DNA of 41,524 nt from a virus (lineage: Duplodnaviria > Caudoviricetes), in IMG/VR virus record IMGVR_UViG_3300033067_000697, positions 1 through 41,524 of that record; one strand, 5' to 3'. The stretch's first letter is position 1. Every line of letters starts with the position of its first letter. Under the pieces are notes generated by a model. It ran no database searches and was not told where the DNA came from. It saw only the letters and a list, made by a program, of their open reading frames with translations. Positions 24,592 through 35,070 of the stretch are shown one piece after another. The position numbers and the translations under genes are program-made.

Positions 24592-25305
24592 ATGCCAATA
24601 AAACTACTCTCAAAACAAGAAATCAACCAAAAACAAGCCCTTCAAAGACATGCAGAAATAGAAGAAGGAAGAAAATTGGCCAAAAGAGTAGATAATTTAC
24701 GGGAGTTAGCAGTACAAGAGGAGGCTTCTTTAGCCTCCTTTCGTGCTAATACCCTAAAAAGCATCAACCAAGAGATAAAAAAAGCCAGTAAAGAGCACGA
24801 AGCTATACTTAATGAGGTTAAAACGCTCAGAGGAGAGCTAGAAACAGGCTTTTCTGAGCTAGAAAAGGCTAAAAATGAAGTTAAACTAAAGGAACAAGAC
24901 CTTGTTTCCCGTGAAAACCAAGTAGAAGAGCGTATTAAGCTCGTTAAAGCCAAGGAAAAAGAGATTAAAAAGGGATTTGAAGAGAATCTAACTATGGCTT
25001 CCCGGCTAGAATATGCCAACGAACGTCTATTAAAGATAAACATGGAGGCAGATGCCAAGATACAAACCGCCAACGATATGTTTGATGATGCGGAATTAAG
25101 AAGAGGTCAAGTAGACAGACTATATCAACGTGTTACTGAAGAACTACATCATAAGGATATAACGGTTGCATCTAAAGAGCGTGACCTTATTATTAGAGCA
25201 GAGCACCTTGACGAACGGGCAGAAGCTCTAAGAGTTAAGGAACTAAACTTAATAGACCGAGAACAGACTCTTGACCGTGAATTTAAACGATTAAAAAATA
25301 TATGA
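24592..25305 (+). CDS. long coiled-coil protein
   Basis: E/K/R/L-rich heptads throughout. Confidence 0.8.
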   Translation: MPIKLLSKQEINQKQALQRHAEIEEGRKLAKRVDNLRELAVQEEASLASFRANTLKSINQEIKKASKEHEAILNEVKTLRGELETGFSELEKAKNEVKLKEQDLVSRENQVEERIKLVKAKEKEIKKGFEENLTMASRLEYANERLLKINMEADAKIQTANDMFDDAELRRGQVDRLYQRVTEELHHKDITVASKERDLIIRAEHLDERAEALRVKELNLIDREQTLDREFKRLKNI

Positions 25306-25604
25306 ATCCAACAGTAAGAACACAAAACGCCACTGTAACTCCCGTTGCCTCAGCAACAACCGCTTTGGCTTCTAACCGAGCACGTGTGGGTTTTATGTTG
25401 CAAAATCTTGGAACAAACCCACTATTTGTTAAATATGGGACAGGAGCTACCACCTCTGATTTCAGTGTGGTTTTAAAAGGTTCAAGTGTCCAAGACGATG
25501 GAACAGGTGGTATTTTAACTTCAGCCGATACAGCCGTATTTACTGGAGTAATTAGTATTGCTGGAACATCGCCACGTTACTCAGTAACAGAACTAGCACC
25601 ATAA
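25302..25604 (+). CDS. small beta-sandwich virion protein
   Basis: ALASNRARVGFMLQNLGTNPLFVKYG motif common in small phage structural proteins. Confidence 0.65.
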   Translation: MNPTVRTQNATVTPVASATTALASNRARVGFMLQNLGTNPLFVKYGTGATTSDFSVVLKGSSVQDDGTGGILTSADTAVFTGVISIAGTSPRYSVTELAP

Positions 25605-25605
25605 T

Positions 25606-26088
25606 ATGCAGGTAGATAACTCGGGCACAACTGTAGTCTTTGATGCAAAAACTACTCAAGCAATTGAGGAGGGTAAAAACCGTATCACAATGCTACAGGT
25701 AGAAGAACTCCGCCTCAAAAACCTAAAGAAAGAACTTGAGCAACAAATCATTAGCCTAGAAGCTGATATTGACTACAAGGATAGCCGTTTAGTTATCATA
25801 GCTTCTCTTATTGAAGTAAAAGAAAAAGAATTGGCTGAATTAGATGCAAAAGTAAAGAGAGTTCTTTTCCAATATGATGAGGTTGATAAAGATTGTCGTC
25901 AACGAGAAAGAGAAGTACAAGCCAAAGAAACCGCCTTACACGAAAAAGAGCTAGAGGTTAACGCTGAACAAGCTAAACTCAGTGACCTTATAGAACGAAC
26001 ATCAAAAGATAGTCTACTAGCAGAAAAAGCTAAAGATATAGCAGACGAAAGAATAAAAAAAATAGATGACTTCTTAAAATCCCTATGA
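25606..26088 (+). CDS. coiled-coil protein
   Basis: E/K/L-rich heptads. Confidence 0.75.
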   Translation: MQVDNSGTTVVFDAKTTQAIEEGKNRITMLQVEELRLKNLKKELEQQIISLEADIDYKDSRLVIIASLIEVKEKELAELDAKVKRVLFQYDEVDKDCRQREREVQAKETALHEKELEVNAEQAKLSDLIERTSKDSLLAEKAKDIADERIKKIDDFLKSL

Positions 26089-26582
26089 GAATACACCAAC
26101 CAGGAGCTAGTAAATTTACCCAGCTATCGGATGTACCGAGTAGCTACCTTGGTGAAGCCAATCAACACCTAGCGGTAAACGCACTAGAAACTGGTATAGA
26201 TTTTGTTACTCCTGGGGGTGGTGGGGTAAGTTCAGTTGTGGCTGGTACAGGGATAGCGGTAGACAACACTGACCCAGCTAATCCAGTTGTATCAGCTACA
26301 GGTGGTCCAGGGGGTTTTGCAATCACGGAAACAGAAGTAAATTTTGGGACTACCCCTGTCGTGGAAAAAACTTTTACTGTCACTGATGCCGCTATTACTC
26401 CCACTAGTAAAATTATAGTTACCGAAAGTGGTAGTATTGGAACTGGTAGAGTTGCTTCAGGTGACTCACTATGGGACACAATTACTTATGCTTGTATTCC
26501 CGCCACAGGTTCATTTACCTTATTTGCTAAAGCTAGTGGTTCAGTAGTTGGATTTAGGAAACTTTTTTATTCATATTCATAA
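26085..26582 (+). CDS. short fibre/adaptor protein
   Basis: FTQLSDVPSSY..LAVNALETGIDF and VSSVVAGTGIAVDNTDPANPVVS fibre motifs. Confidence 0.7.
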   Translation: MRIHQPGASKFTQLSDVPSSYLGEANQHLAVNALETGIDFVTPGGGGVSSVVAGTGIAVDNTDPANPVVSATGGPGGFAITETEVNFGTTPVVEKTFTVTDAAITPTSKIIVTESGSIGTGRVASGDSLWDTITYACIPATGSFTLFAKASGSVVGFRKLFYSYS

Positions 26583-26588
26583 TAATAT

Positions 26589-28115
26589 ATGGCAGTCATT
26601 GATTCAGGTTCTAGTTCAGCAGGAAAAGCAAATGTAGATGCGGCTTTTAACCTGCAAACAACACTCCCACAAGTGACCACTCCAGCAGGGGTTACAGCTC
26701 CTCAATACGTTGGTGCATCTCGCTTCTTTTCAGAAAACGACCCCGGAACAATAACAGGAACAGCTTATCTTAATAGTCCAGAAACATCATCTGATTATCG
26801 ACTTCGTGTTGGTATAGACACTGTTTTGTTTACAGATACATTTAACGCCAACATACAAAATACTTCTCTATGGGCTTACACGTTCGCTACACTTACAGCT
26901 ATTCAAAGTACTAACGCTGGATTTGTTACCTTTAGTGCCGTACAAGGAACCACTAATGCTCATGGTGCTTTTATGAGGACATTTCAGCAATTTCCTTTGA
27001 TAGGTACTGCCCCACTTGCAGTAGAGTTTACGCTTGGTCAGTTTGGTGCGGCTTTAGTAACTAATGAAGAATTTGTTTTTGGTTTAGGTATACCTGTCTC
27101 AGCCGTTGCGGTTCCTCTTGATGGTGTATGGATTCGTCTTTCATCGACAGGTGTGACAGGAGTTCTCAGATTCAACGGTGGTGCTGTCTCAGAAAAGACG
27201 TTTGGGACTGGATATGCTTTGTCAAACCTCACTGTTGGAGAGCTCGATAAGTTTACTATTGTTGTTGGTGAAAGAGAGGTTGAGTATTGGATAAATGACG
27301 TACTTCTTGGAGAACAAACTATTCCTGTTGCTAACGGACAGCCATTCATCGCAGCCTCACAGCCAGCGTTTATGATGAAGTACAACACTGGTAACGTATC
27401 TAACACCAACACAATAAGAGTGTCAGACGTAACTATTTCGCTAATGGACTTGGCGACAAATAAGCCTTGGGCACATCAATTAGCTGGAATGAATCAAAAT
27501 GGACTATACTTACAAAATGGTCATATTCCTGCTTCAACAGCCTTAATGTCTACACAAGCAATTGGAACCATCACAACAGGCTCTAGTCCTCAAACACCTA
27601 ACACACCTGCGGCTGGTTCAAACACAACTGCTCCAGTAACAGGACTTGGTGGTTGGGGTGCTACTAACATGGTAGCTGCCGCCGCCACTGATTTCTTAAT
27701 GATGGCGTATCAAAACCCAGTACCATCTAACATTGTTAGTGGTAAAAATCTCTATATTTGTGGAGTTTATATTGACTGCATTAACACAGGTGCCGCAGTA
27801 GCAACAACACCAACAACAAACCTCATTACACTAGGAGTAGGAGCGACTGCCGCAACACTAGCTACTGTAGAAACAGCCTCATTTGCAACAGGAACAACTC
27901 ATGCCGCTAGACGTATGCAACTTGGTATCGTGAGTGCTCCTGTTGGTACAGCTATCGGTGGTTCTTACACACCTAATATTGTTAGAAACTTTACTGTTCC
28001 TCTTTGTGTTCGCCCTGGAGAGTTTGTGGAGTTGTTCTTCAAGACTTTAGTTGGAACAGCCACAGCATCTCAAACTTGGACTTATAACGTAGTATTTGAC
28101 GCCTATTGGGAATAA
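26589..28115 (+). CDS. virion structural protein with lectin/ConA-like beta domain (candidate receptor-binding protein)
   Basis: DGVWIRL..KFTIVV..VEYWINDVLLG pattern; T/A/G-rich. Confidence 0.6.
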   Translation: MAVIDSGSSSAGKANVDAAFNLQTTLPQVTTPAGVTAPQYVGASRFFSENDPGTITGTAYLNSPETSSDYRLRVGIDTVLFTDTFNANIQNTSLWAYTFATLTAIQSTNAGFVTFSAVQGTTNAHGAFMRTFQQFPLIGTAPLAVEFTLGQFGAALVTNEEFVFGLGIPVSAVAVPLDGVWIRLSSTGVTGVLRFNGGAVSEKTFGTGYALSNLTVGELDKFTIVVGEREVEYWINDVLLGEQTIPVANGQPFIAASQPAFMMKYNTGNVSNTNTIRVSDVTISLMDLATNKPWAHQLAGMNQNGLYLQNGHIPASTALMSTQAIGTITTGSSPQTPNTPAAGSNTTAPVTGLGGWGATNMVAAAATDFLMMAYQNPVPSNIVSGKNLYICGVYIDCINTGAAVATTPTTNLITLGVGATAATLATVETASFATGTTHAARRMQLGIVSAPVGTAIGGSYTPNIVRNFTVPLCVRPGEFVELFFKTLVGTATASQTWTYNVVFDAYWE

Positions 28116-28117
28116 TT

Positions 28118-28390
28118 ATGACTAACGCTAAACGAGATGACAATAACAAACCAGCCATCCTTGCTGTGTTAAACACAGATGGGACTACTGTGGCTCCTGT
28201 GGAAATAAACCCAACAACTCATGGACTTTCAGTAGATAATGCTAGTACAGGTACAGACCAAGGTCCCGCCAGAGCCTTACGAGATGAAAACTTTGTTCCT
28301 ACCTTGCTGGCGGTATCAAGTGTAGATGGAGTCACCCCGGTTGCCCTATACGTAGACTCTAATGGAAAATTACTAATAGACGAAACATAA
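28118..28390 (+). CDS. small structural protein made of two RDxN..LAVSSxDGxTPV repeats
   Basis: internal repeat also found at the N-terminus of the next gene; ATG 28118 preferred. Confidence 0.75.
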   Translation: MTNAKRDDNNKPAILAVLNTDGTTVAPVEINPTTHGLSVDNASTGTDQGPARALRDENFVPTLLAVSSVDGVTPVALYVDSNGKLLIDET

Positions 28391-28392
28391 TT

Positions 28393-30213
28393 ATGAGTAC
28401 AGCTTCAAGAGATTCAAATTACGTAACCACCCTACTTGCCGTTTCTTCAGTAGACGGTGTGACTCCTGTTACGCTATATGCTAATCCAACCACCCACCGT
28501 TTACTGGTTGACCTTGCTGGTGGTGGTTCAGGAACAGTACAGACTGTAGCAATAGCCACCGCTAATGGATTTGCTGGTACTTCAGATGGGAACGCCGCGG
28601 CTCCTACTCTTACTCTTACTACGTCAATAACAGGTATTCTTAAAGGTAACGGAACCGCTATTTCTGCTGTAACAATTGGTTCTGGCCTTTCTTACGATGG
28701 AACCACTCTTTCCGCTAGTGGAGGTGGTTCAGGGGATGTAGTTGGTCCGGCTTCTGCTACAGACAATGCCGTTGCTCGTTTTGACTCCACTACAGGTAAG
28801 TTAATTCAAAATTCCGCCGTATTGATAGCAGACACAACAGGCGTTATTTCAGGTACACAAGGAGTTACTTTTTCAGGAGCAACTAGTGGTACAACCGCTT
28901 TGGTTCCAACTGCTGTTGCAGGCACTACTACCTTAACGCTCCCGGCTCTGACAGACACTATTGCTGTCTTAGGTGCTGGACAAACCTTTACAGGAGCAAA
29001 TACCTTTAGTGGATTAAACGCTATGTTGGTATCAAGCTCTGGCTTGACTGTCCGAAACCCGGCCAACACTTTTAGTTACACTATAACTGCGGCCGCAATA
29101 GCCGCTAACAGGGTACTTAATCTTCCTTTAATTACTGGTACTGATACATTAGCTACTCTTGGTTTAGCTCAAACATTTACCGCTACACAAACATTTGGCA
29201 CACTTGTAGCCACAACAATAAACGGTAACACCTTCACAACAGGTACTTACACCCTTACTGGAACTGCTGGAAAGACTTTAAACTTCACTAACACACTAAC
29301 CCTCTCTGGTACAGATGGTACTACTATGACGTTCCCAACAACGTCTAAGACACTTGCCGCCAACGATGGTTCTAACTGGACATTTACTTCTCAAGCTATT
29401 GGAGATTTAGTTTACGCTTCAAGTGCAACTGCATTTACTCGCCTAGCCGCTGTAGCTACGGGTCAAGTTTTAGCATCAGCCGGAACAGGAACAGCTCCAG
29501 CCTATACAGCCACACCACTTATTACTTCTATTGATATAGGTAACGCTGATACAACTATTTCAAGAGCCGCCGCCGGAGTAATTGCTGTAGAAGGAACCAT
29601 TCTTAATGGTTACGCTACTACTGCAACCGCTGCAGGAACTACAGCTCTTACAATTGCCAGTGCTCAAACACAATTCTTTACTGGTTCAACTACTCAAACT
29701 GTAACCCTACCAACAACCAGTGTTCTTGCGGGACAGACTTACAGAATTGTAAACAATTCTACAGGGAACGTAACAGTTCAGTCATCTGGAGCTAACACAA
29801 TACAAATTCTTGGTGCGGGAATGTCAGCAATCTTCACCGCAATTGTAGCTACACCAACTACTGCCGCCAACTGGAGTTTTGCCCTTACTTCGTTTACTGG
29901 TCAAAACATTGCTCAAACAGCTTCAGCTAACGCCGCCACAGTAAACTTGGCTTATGTTACAAACTCAATTACTAACAACTCAGCCGCGACACTTACAATT
30001 ACTTTACCAACCGCCGGAGCTATTGATGGTGAATTAAGAGTAGTAAGGGTGTATGATTTTTCAGCCGTAGCTCAAACCATTACTTGGGTAAACACTCAAA
30101 ACAGTACTGTAACAGCTCCTGTAACCTCTAATGGTTCTACCACATTACCAAGAACTATAGGTTTTCAATATAACTCTGCCTCTAGTTTGTGGAGATGTAT
30201 AGCAGATGCTTAA
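28393..30213 (+). CDS. tail fibre protein
   Basis: GDVVGPASATDNAVARFDSTTGKLIQNS, GDLVYASSAT..RLA..GQVL, TVTLPT..GQTYRIVNNSTGNVTV fibre modules; very T/A/G-rich. Confidence 0.85.
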   Translation: MSTASRDSNYVTTLLAVSSVDGVTPVTLYANPTTHRLLVDLAGGGSGTVQTVAIATANGFAGTSDGNAAAPTLTLTTSITGILKGNGTAISAVTIGSGLSYDGTTLSASGGGSGDVVGPASATDNAVARFDSTTGKLIQNSAVLIADTTGVISGTQGVTFSGATSGTTALVPTAVAGTTTLTLPALTDTIAVLGAGQTFTGANTFSGLNAMLVSSSGLTVRNPANTFSYTITAAAIAANRVLNLPLITGTDTLATLGLAQTFTATQTFGTLVATTINGNTFTTGTYTLTGTAGKTLNFTNTLTLSGTDGTTMTFPTTSKTLAANDGSNWTFTSQAIGDLVYASSATAFTRLAAVATGQVLASAGTGTAPAYTATPLITSIDIGNADTTISRAAAGVIAVEGTILNGYATTATAAGTTALTIASAQTQFFTGSTTQTVTLPTTSVLAGQTYRIVNNSTGNVTVQSSGANTIQILGAGMSAIFTAIVATPTTAANWSFALTSFTGQNIAQTASANAATVNLAYVTNSITNNSAATLTITLPTAGAIDGELRVVRVYDFSAVAQTITWVNTQNSTVTAPVTSNGSTTLPRTIGFQYNSASSLWRCIADA

Positions 30214-30640
30214 TAGTAATTATATCAATATGTACATAGCAAAAAAGAAAAACACAGAAATCAATGAGGGTATTCCAAAAGTTTACGTAGATTTTACTAA
30301 CGGGACTAATACTTTTACTGAGTGGTGTGTTCCATCTGATGATGTTGGTCTAAGGTTTTGGGTTAAATCAAGATTAGCCGTTTATAATGCAACACCAGTA
30401 ATCAATACTACCTATGCTGATGGTGCGGTTATTGATGTATCTGACCCTGTAGTAACCCCACCCGAACTAACTCCGGCTGAAATAGCGCGCAATACTTGGC
30501 TTACTAAGTATCGTACTTGGGTAAAGATAAAGACAACAGTTGTTGATACTGGCATTGTACCTATTACAAACACGAAGATTGCCAACATGCTCGCCGACCT
30601 TAAAGCTACTCTCTTACCAGAGTATATAGACTACATCTAA
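30206..30640 (+). CDS. hypothetical protein, possible fibre assembly chaperone
   Basis: position between fibre and Gly-rich adhesin. Confidence 0.6.
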   Translation: MLNSNYINMYIAKKKNTEINEGIPKVYVDFTNGTNTFTEWCVPSDDVGLRFWVKSRLAVYNATPVINTTYADGAVIDVSDPVVTPPELTPAEIARNTWLTKYRTWVKIKTTVVDTGIVPITNTKIANMLADLKATLLPEYIDYI

Positions 30641-30641
30641 C

Positions 30642-31487
30642 ATGGCATACGGTGATATTGAATATCTAGTAATCGCCGGAGGTGGTGGTGCTGGGTCTGG
30701 AGGTGGAGGTGGTGGTGCTGGAGGCTATAAAGCTGGCACTACTACGGGTGTTACTACTGCTCAAACTATTACTGTGGGTGGAGGTGGAGCTGGCTCTTCT
30801 ACAAATACTGTTGCTGGTACAAATGGAAGTAACTCAAGTCTTGGTTCGCTAGTAATCTCAACTGGGGGCGGTGGTGGGCAAAGTGCTAACGTAAGTGCAG
30901 CAGCTCCATCTGGAGGTTCTGGAGGTGGTGGGCAAGGTAGACAAACAACTAAGACAGGTGGTTCGGCTAGTCCTGCCGGGCAAGGAAACGCCGGTGGTAA
31001 CGGAGTACGAACAACACCTGATGTGAATGAACCTGGAGGTGGAGGTGGAGGTGCGGGAGCAGCAGGTTCAAATGGTGGTGTGCCAGGTAACGGTGGAGCT
31101 GGTACAGCTTCTTCTATAACTGGTTCGTCTGTTACTAGAGGTGGCGGTGGAGGTGGTGGTAACTGGGCCACTTCTGGAGGTTCAGTAGGTTCTGGTGGTT
31201 CTGGTGGTGGTGGTAATGGTTCATTTACAGCCCCAACAGCAGGTACAGCCAATACAGGAGGAGGTGGTGGTGGTGGTTCTGACACTGGTGGAGTAGGTGG
31301 TGCTGCCGGTGGTTCAGGAATCGTAATAATCCGCTACCTAACAGCAGACTTTGGAACTTGTACTGGTGGAACTATTACCACCGATGGTTCTTCAACTGTT
31401 CACACATTCACAAGTAATGGTACTTGGACTCCAGCCGCGCCAAGTAGTGGAAATACAGGAAGATTCTTTAATTTTATGACTGTATAA
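30642..31487 (+). CDS. glycine-rich (polyglycine II bundle) adhesin-like protein
   Basis: IEYLVIAGGG...GGGGAGG...ANTGGGGGG...GGSGIVIIRY...TGGTITT..TVHTFT. Confidence 0.8.
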   Translation: MAYGDIEYLVIAGGGGAGSGGGGGGAGGYKAGTTTGVTTAQTITVGGGGAGSSTNTVAGTNGSNSSLGSLVISTGGGGGQSANVSAAAPSGGSGGGGQGRQTTKTGGSASPAGQGNAGGNGVRTTPDVNEPGGGGGGAGAAGSNGGVPGNGGAGTASSITGSSVTRGGGGGGGNWATSGGSVGSGGSGGGGNGSFTAPTAGTANTGGGGGGGSDTGGVGGAAGGSGIVIIRYLTADFGTCTGGTITTDGSSTVHTFTSNGTWTPAAPSSGNTGRFFNFMTV

Positions 31488-31494
31488 TATATCT

Positions 31495-34419
31495 ATGACA
31501 TGGCGAACCGAAGATACAGATGAAGGCCAAGACCTTGTATACGATGGAATGGAAGCTGGAATAGCTCCCTCACCGCATAAAGGAACCGCCAACATACAAA
31601 ACGCTAACATCTCTACTGAACAAGGAGAGGTGCTGGCTTCTTTTGGTCGTACTTCTCAACAACAAGCAGCTATATCTGGCGGAACTTTAACCCCTGATGG
31701 GGCTACTTTATTTGATGCTCCAGCTACTTTAAAAGCAGGTCAATGGATTACTGTTTCAGCCTCAACTGTAACTTCTATAAGTACTACAACTACTCCAGCT
31801 TCAGTAGCGATTGATTATCTAGCAGTAGCTGGAGGAGGAGGTTCTGGTGGTTCTATTTCAACTACCGTCTCTGGAGCTGGAGGTGCTGGAGCTGTACGTA
31901 CTGGTTCATCTACTGTAGTAGCTGGTTCTTATGCTGTGACTGTGGGTGCTGGCGGTTTGGCTGGTGCTGTATCTTCAGGTGTTGGCGGTACTGGTGGTAA
32001 TTCTGTTTTAGGTTCTATTGTAACAGCTTCAGGAGGAGGAGGAGGTGGTGCTGGCTCTACTAATCTTAATGGTGCTAACGGAGGTTCTGGAGGAGGTGGA
32101 GGTGGTGGAACTGGAGCAGGTACAGGGGGTACAGGAACTACAGGAGGTAATAACGGAGGAGCTGGTAATGGTACAGGTGTTGATTCAGGAGGTGGTGGTG
32201 GTGGAGCAGGTGCGGTTGGTTCCGCTGCCGCTGATGGTGTTGGAGGAGCCGGAGGAGCCGGTACAACTTCTTCTATTACAGGAACTTCGGTTACTTACGG
32301 TGGTGGTGGAGGTGGTGGTTGTAATGGTGGGACTGCTGGAACAGGTGGTACAGGTGGAGGAGGTAATGGTTCTACAACAACAAGGGGTACTAATGGTACA
32401 GATGGTTTGGGAGGGGGTGCAGGAGGAGGAACTTCGACAACTACTGGAGCAGTAGGAGGTTCTGGTGTAGTTATAATCTCATACACCACTAACTCAATGG
32501 TAGCTACAGGTGGTAAAATCACTAAAGCAGGAGGTAAAACTATTCACACCTTTGAAGAAAGTGGTACTTTTGAAGTACTTAGCTTAGTGCCTAATCGTTA
32601 CTATGTTTCCTATGCTGTGGGAGGCAAGATTAAATTATCTGCCAAATATGACCCATATTGTCAAAACGCTTTAACTCACGGCACCACTGGGTCAATCACA
32701 TTTAGCACTGTAGCCACTCCTGGAGCAGCTTTAGCTAAAGCCACTGAACGATTTGGAACCGCTACAAGTAATGAATATAGGTACTACGTACTAGATAATA
32801 GTGGGTATGTTTGGGTATACGATACAGATGTTTATGACACTAACGGCACCACTTGGATGTTGCCCGACCCAAGTAACTATTCAACTTTGGCTTTTACAGG
32901 AATGAACGTCTTAAATGGCTGGTTATTCTGTTTAAATAGTTCTCAGATTTACGCTAAACCAACAGTAGATTTAGGTTCGCTTTTTTTGCCGGGAAGTAAT
33001 ATGGTGTTTGTAAATCCATTCCCTACTCACATTAACTACGCGTATACTGGAAATCAAGGAAAGATGTACTACACTGACCTTAATTATATTGGTGAGGTAT
33101 TTCCAACTACTTCATTACTGACATCTTTAGCTAATGTTCAATCCTACGGTAAATATACAGCTAGTTCTACTACAGGTACCGTTACTGCTTTGATAAACGG
33201 TTCTCTTCCATACACGCAAAACGCAAGTGGAACGACAGCCCGTATTCCTGCCATATTTTTCACTGATGTTTACGGAACGGCACCAACTAACTTATTAGGT
33301 GGCACTGTATATTGGATTGAATATTCTTATGAGGCCGATACTTTTGCTGTATATGACTCTTCTACAAGTAGCGCGGCTATAAACATAGCTACAGGAGCCG
33401 CTGGAAATCAATATTTTAATACTTTTGGAGTATTTGGAGATGCTGGAGTAAATGGTGCTAGTGCTACTGTTCAATTCACTCAACAAAGAGTAAACCTTCC
33501 GGCTTATGAAGTAGCTCAAACTTTAGTTGAAGTAGGAAATATAGTCATTATTGGTGGTAAAAGCAACGTACTCTATCCTTGGAATCAGATAGATGCTACC
33601 CCTTCAGACTTCATAGTTCTACCAGAAAATGATGTTAAATCCATGTTAAATGTCAATAACATGGTGTATGTTTTTGCTGGAAATAAAGGCAATATCTATA
33701 TAACAAACGGCTCTGTAGCTTCTTTGGCTCTTAAAGTACCAGATTATTGTGCTGGAGTACCAGGAACACCTAACTCATACATTGAACCTTACTTCACTTG
33801 GTTTGATTCAATGTTCTTACGAGGAAGAGTTTACTTTTCTATCTTAGACCAAACCGCCACTAAAGCCGGAAATTGTGGTGGTGTATGGTCATTTATCCCA
33901 ACAGGTAACATGGCTTCTACTGATGCTGGATTAGCTCTCCGCCTAGAGAACCAAAACTCTTATGGCGATTATGATGGCTGTGCTCGTATTTTAATTCCTA
34001 ACCAAGAACAAAATGCTATCTCACCGCAATACTGGTCTTGGTGGCAAGACAGCTACACCACAGGACTTTCAACCTTTGGTATAGATACAACTTCCTCTTC
34101 ACCAGTAACTACTTTTGTGATTGAAACAGACCTTATTCCTACAGGAACTTTATTGTCACAAGATACATTTACTCAATTAGAATATAAGTTAAGTACAAAC
34201 GCTTTGACGGGTGATACAGTACAGTTGTACTACCGCCTAAATTCTACTGATGCTTGGGCAAGTTGTGGTACAGCAAAAATAGAAACAACCGTTCCCCTTT
34301 CTGGTTATTACGATATGGCGTTTCAAAAAACTCAGTGGTTGCAATTTAGAGCAGTTTGTACCACTCCAGGAACTACTACTTCATCGTTTACTCGGTTAGC
34401 ACAGATAAGGTTGCGTTAA
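31495..34419 (+). CDS. large tail protein (nozzle/tubular-B-like) with inserted glycine-rich domain
   Basis: 974 aa; propeller-like aromatic strands; C-terminal ETDLI..FTQLEYKL..QWLQFR typical of podovirus nozzle/stabilisation proteins. Confidence 0.65.
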   Translation: MTWRTEDTDEGQDLVYDGMEAGIAPSPHKGTANIQNANISTEQGEVLASFGRTSQQQAAISGGTLTPDGATLFDAPATLKAGQWITVSASTVTSISTTTTPASVAIDYLAVAGGGGSGGSISTTVSGAGGAGAVRTGSSTVVAGSYAVTVGAGGLAGAVSSGVGGTGGNSVLGSIVTASGGGGGGAGSTNLNGANGGSGGGGGGGTGAGTGGTGTTGGNNGGAGNGTGVDSGGGGGGAGAVGSAAADGVGGAGGAGTTSSITGTSVTYGGGGGGGCNGGTAGTGGTGGGGNGSTTTRGTNGTDGLGGGAGGGTSTTTGAVGGSGVVIISYTTNSMVATGGKITKAGGKTIHTFEESGTFEVLSLVPNRYYVSYAVGGKIKLSAKYDPYCQNALTHGTTGSITFSTVATPGAALAKATERFGTATSNEYRYYVLDNSGYVWVYDTDVYDTNGTTWMLPDPSNYSTLAFTGMNVLNGWLFCLNSSQIYAKPTVDLGSLFLPGSNMVFVNPFPTHINYAYTGNQGKMYYTDLNYIGEVFPTTSLLTSLANVQSYGKYTASSTTGTVTALINGSLPYTQNASGTTARIPAIFFTDVYGTAPTNLLGGTVYWIEYSYEADTFAVYDSSTSSAAINIATGAAGNQYFNTFGVFGDAGVNGASATVQFTQQRVNLPAYEVAQTLVEVGNIVIIGGKSNVLYPWNQIDATPSDFIVLPENDVKSMLNVNNMVYVFAGNKGNIYITNGSVASLALKVPDYCAGVPGTPNSYIEPYFTWFDSMFLRGRVYFSILDQTATKAGNCGGVWSFIPTGNMASTDAGLALRLENQNSYGDYDGCARILIPNQEQNAISPQYWSWWQDSYTTGLSTFGIDTTSSSPVTTFVIETDLIPTGTLLSQDTFTQLEYKLSTNALTGDTVQLYYRLNSTDAWASCGTAKIETTVPLSGYYDMAFQKTQWLQFRAVCTTPGTTTSSFTRLAQIRLR

Positions 34420-34430
34420 GCAAAAGTAAT

Positions 34431-35069
34431 ATGGATGAACAAAAAATACGACAAATAGTACAGCAAGAACTACAGCGTAGTAACAACGCTAGTCGTTTTA
34501 GTGTCAACTCCATTCCTCAACATACTCACGATGGTATCAATAGTCCTAAGATTAAAGAAGAAAACCTTATTCGTAGTGTTAATACGGCTGGTTCGATTAC
34601 TTTTGGTACTCAAGGAGCAACATACACAATAAAACTTACTTCTAATTTTACACCATCTTCAATATTAGCTTATGGGATTGTAGTAGATAACGCTGTAGCT
34701 GCCTCTATAACTATACGATGTCATTCAGTGGGAAGTGCTCAGTTAAATAATGGTTTTTATCTTCAATCAGAAACTAATCGTTCTGTTGTAATGGGTGGGC
34801 CTGAATATCCTTTACCAACTACTCAGCCAGATGGTTCTAAAGCCGCCGTACCAATACAAGGTAGTAGTTTTATATATGCTAATGAATCTTCAGGAGCAAT
34901 AAGAGCAGGAGTAAGTGAAGACCATTTAGTGGATGTTTTTATTGGTGATGCTATTGCAGATATTAGAGCTAGAGTGACAGTAGTTGATTTTAGTCGCGAC
35001 TTTATAAAGTTATATGTTCCTTATCTCACATCTGGTTGGAGAGTCAGTATCAACTACGTAATTACATAA
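34431..35069 (+). CDS. virion structural protein (HTHDG motif)
   Basis: PQHTHDGINS metal-binding needle/fibre motif; ATG 34431 preferred over the track start 34356. Confidence 0.65.
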   Translation: MDEQKIRQIVQQELQRSNNASRFSVNSIPQHTHDGINSPKIKEENLIRSVNTAGSITFGTQGATYTIKLTSNFTPSSILAYGIVVDNAVAASITIRCHSVGSAQLNNGFYLQSETNRSVVMGGPEYPLPTTQPDGSKAAVPIQGSSFIYANESSGAIRAGVSEDHLVDVFIGDAIADIRARVTVVDFSRDFIKLYVPYLTSGWRVSINYVIT

Positions 35070-35070
35070 T

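Noticed and set aside
30761-32522. Pro-rich minus-strand ORFs (30761..31285, 32295..32522) and the Val/Glu-rich alternate frame 32045..32455
   Set aside because: Shadows of GGN glycine codon runs in the real genes.
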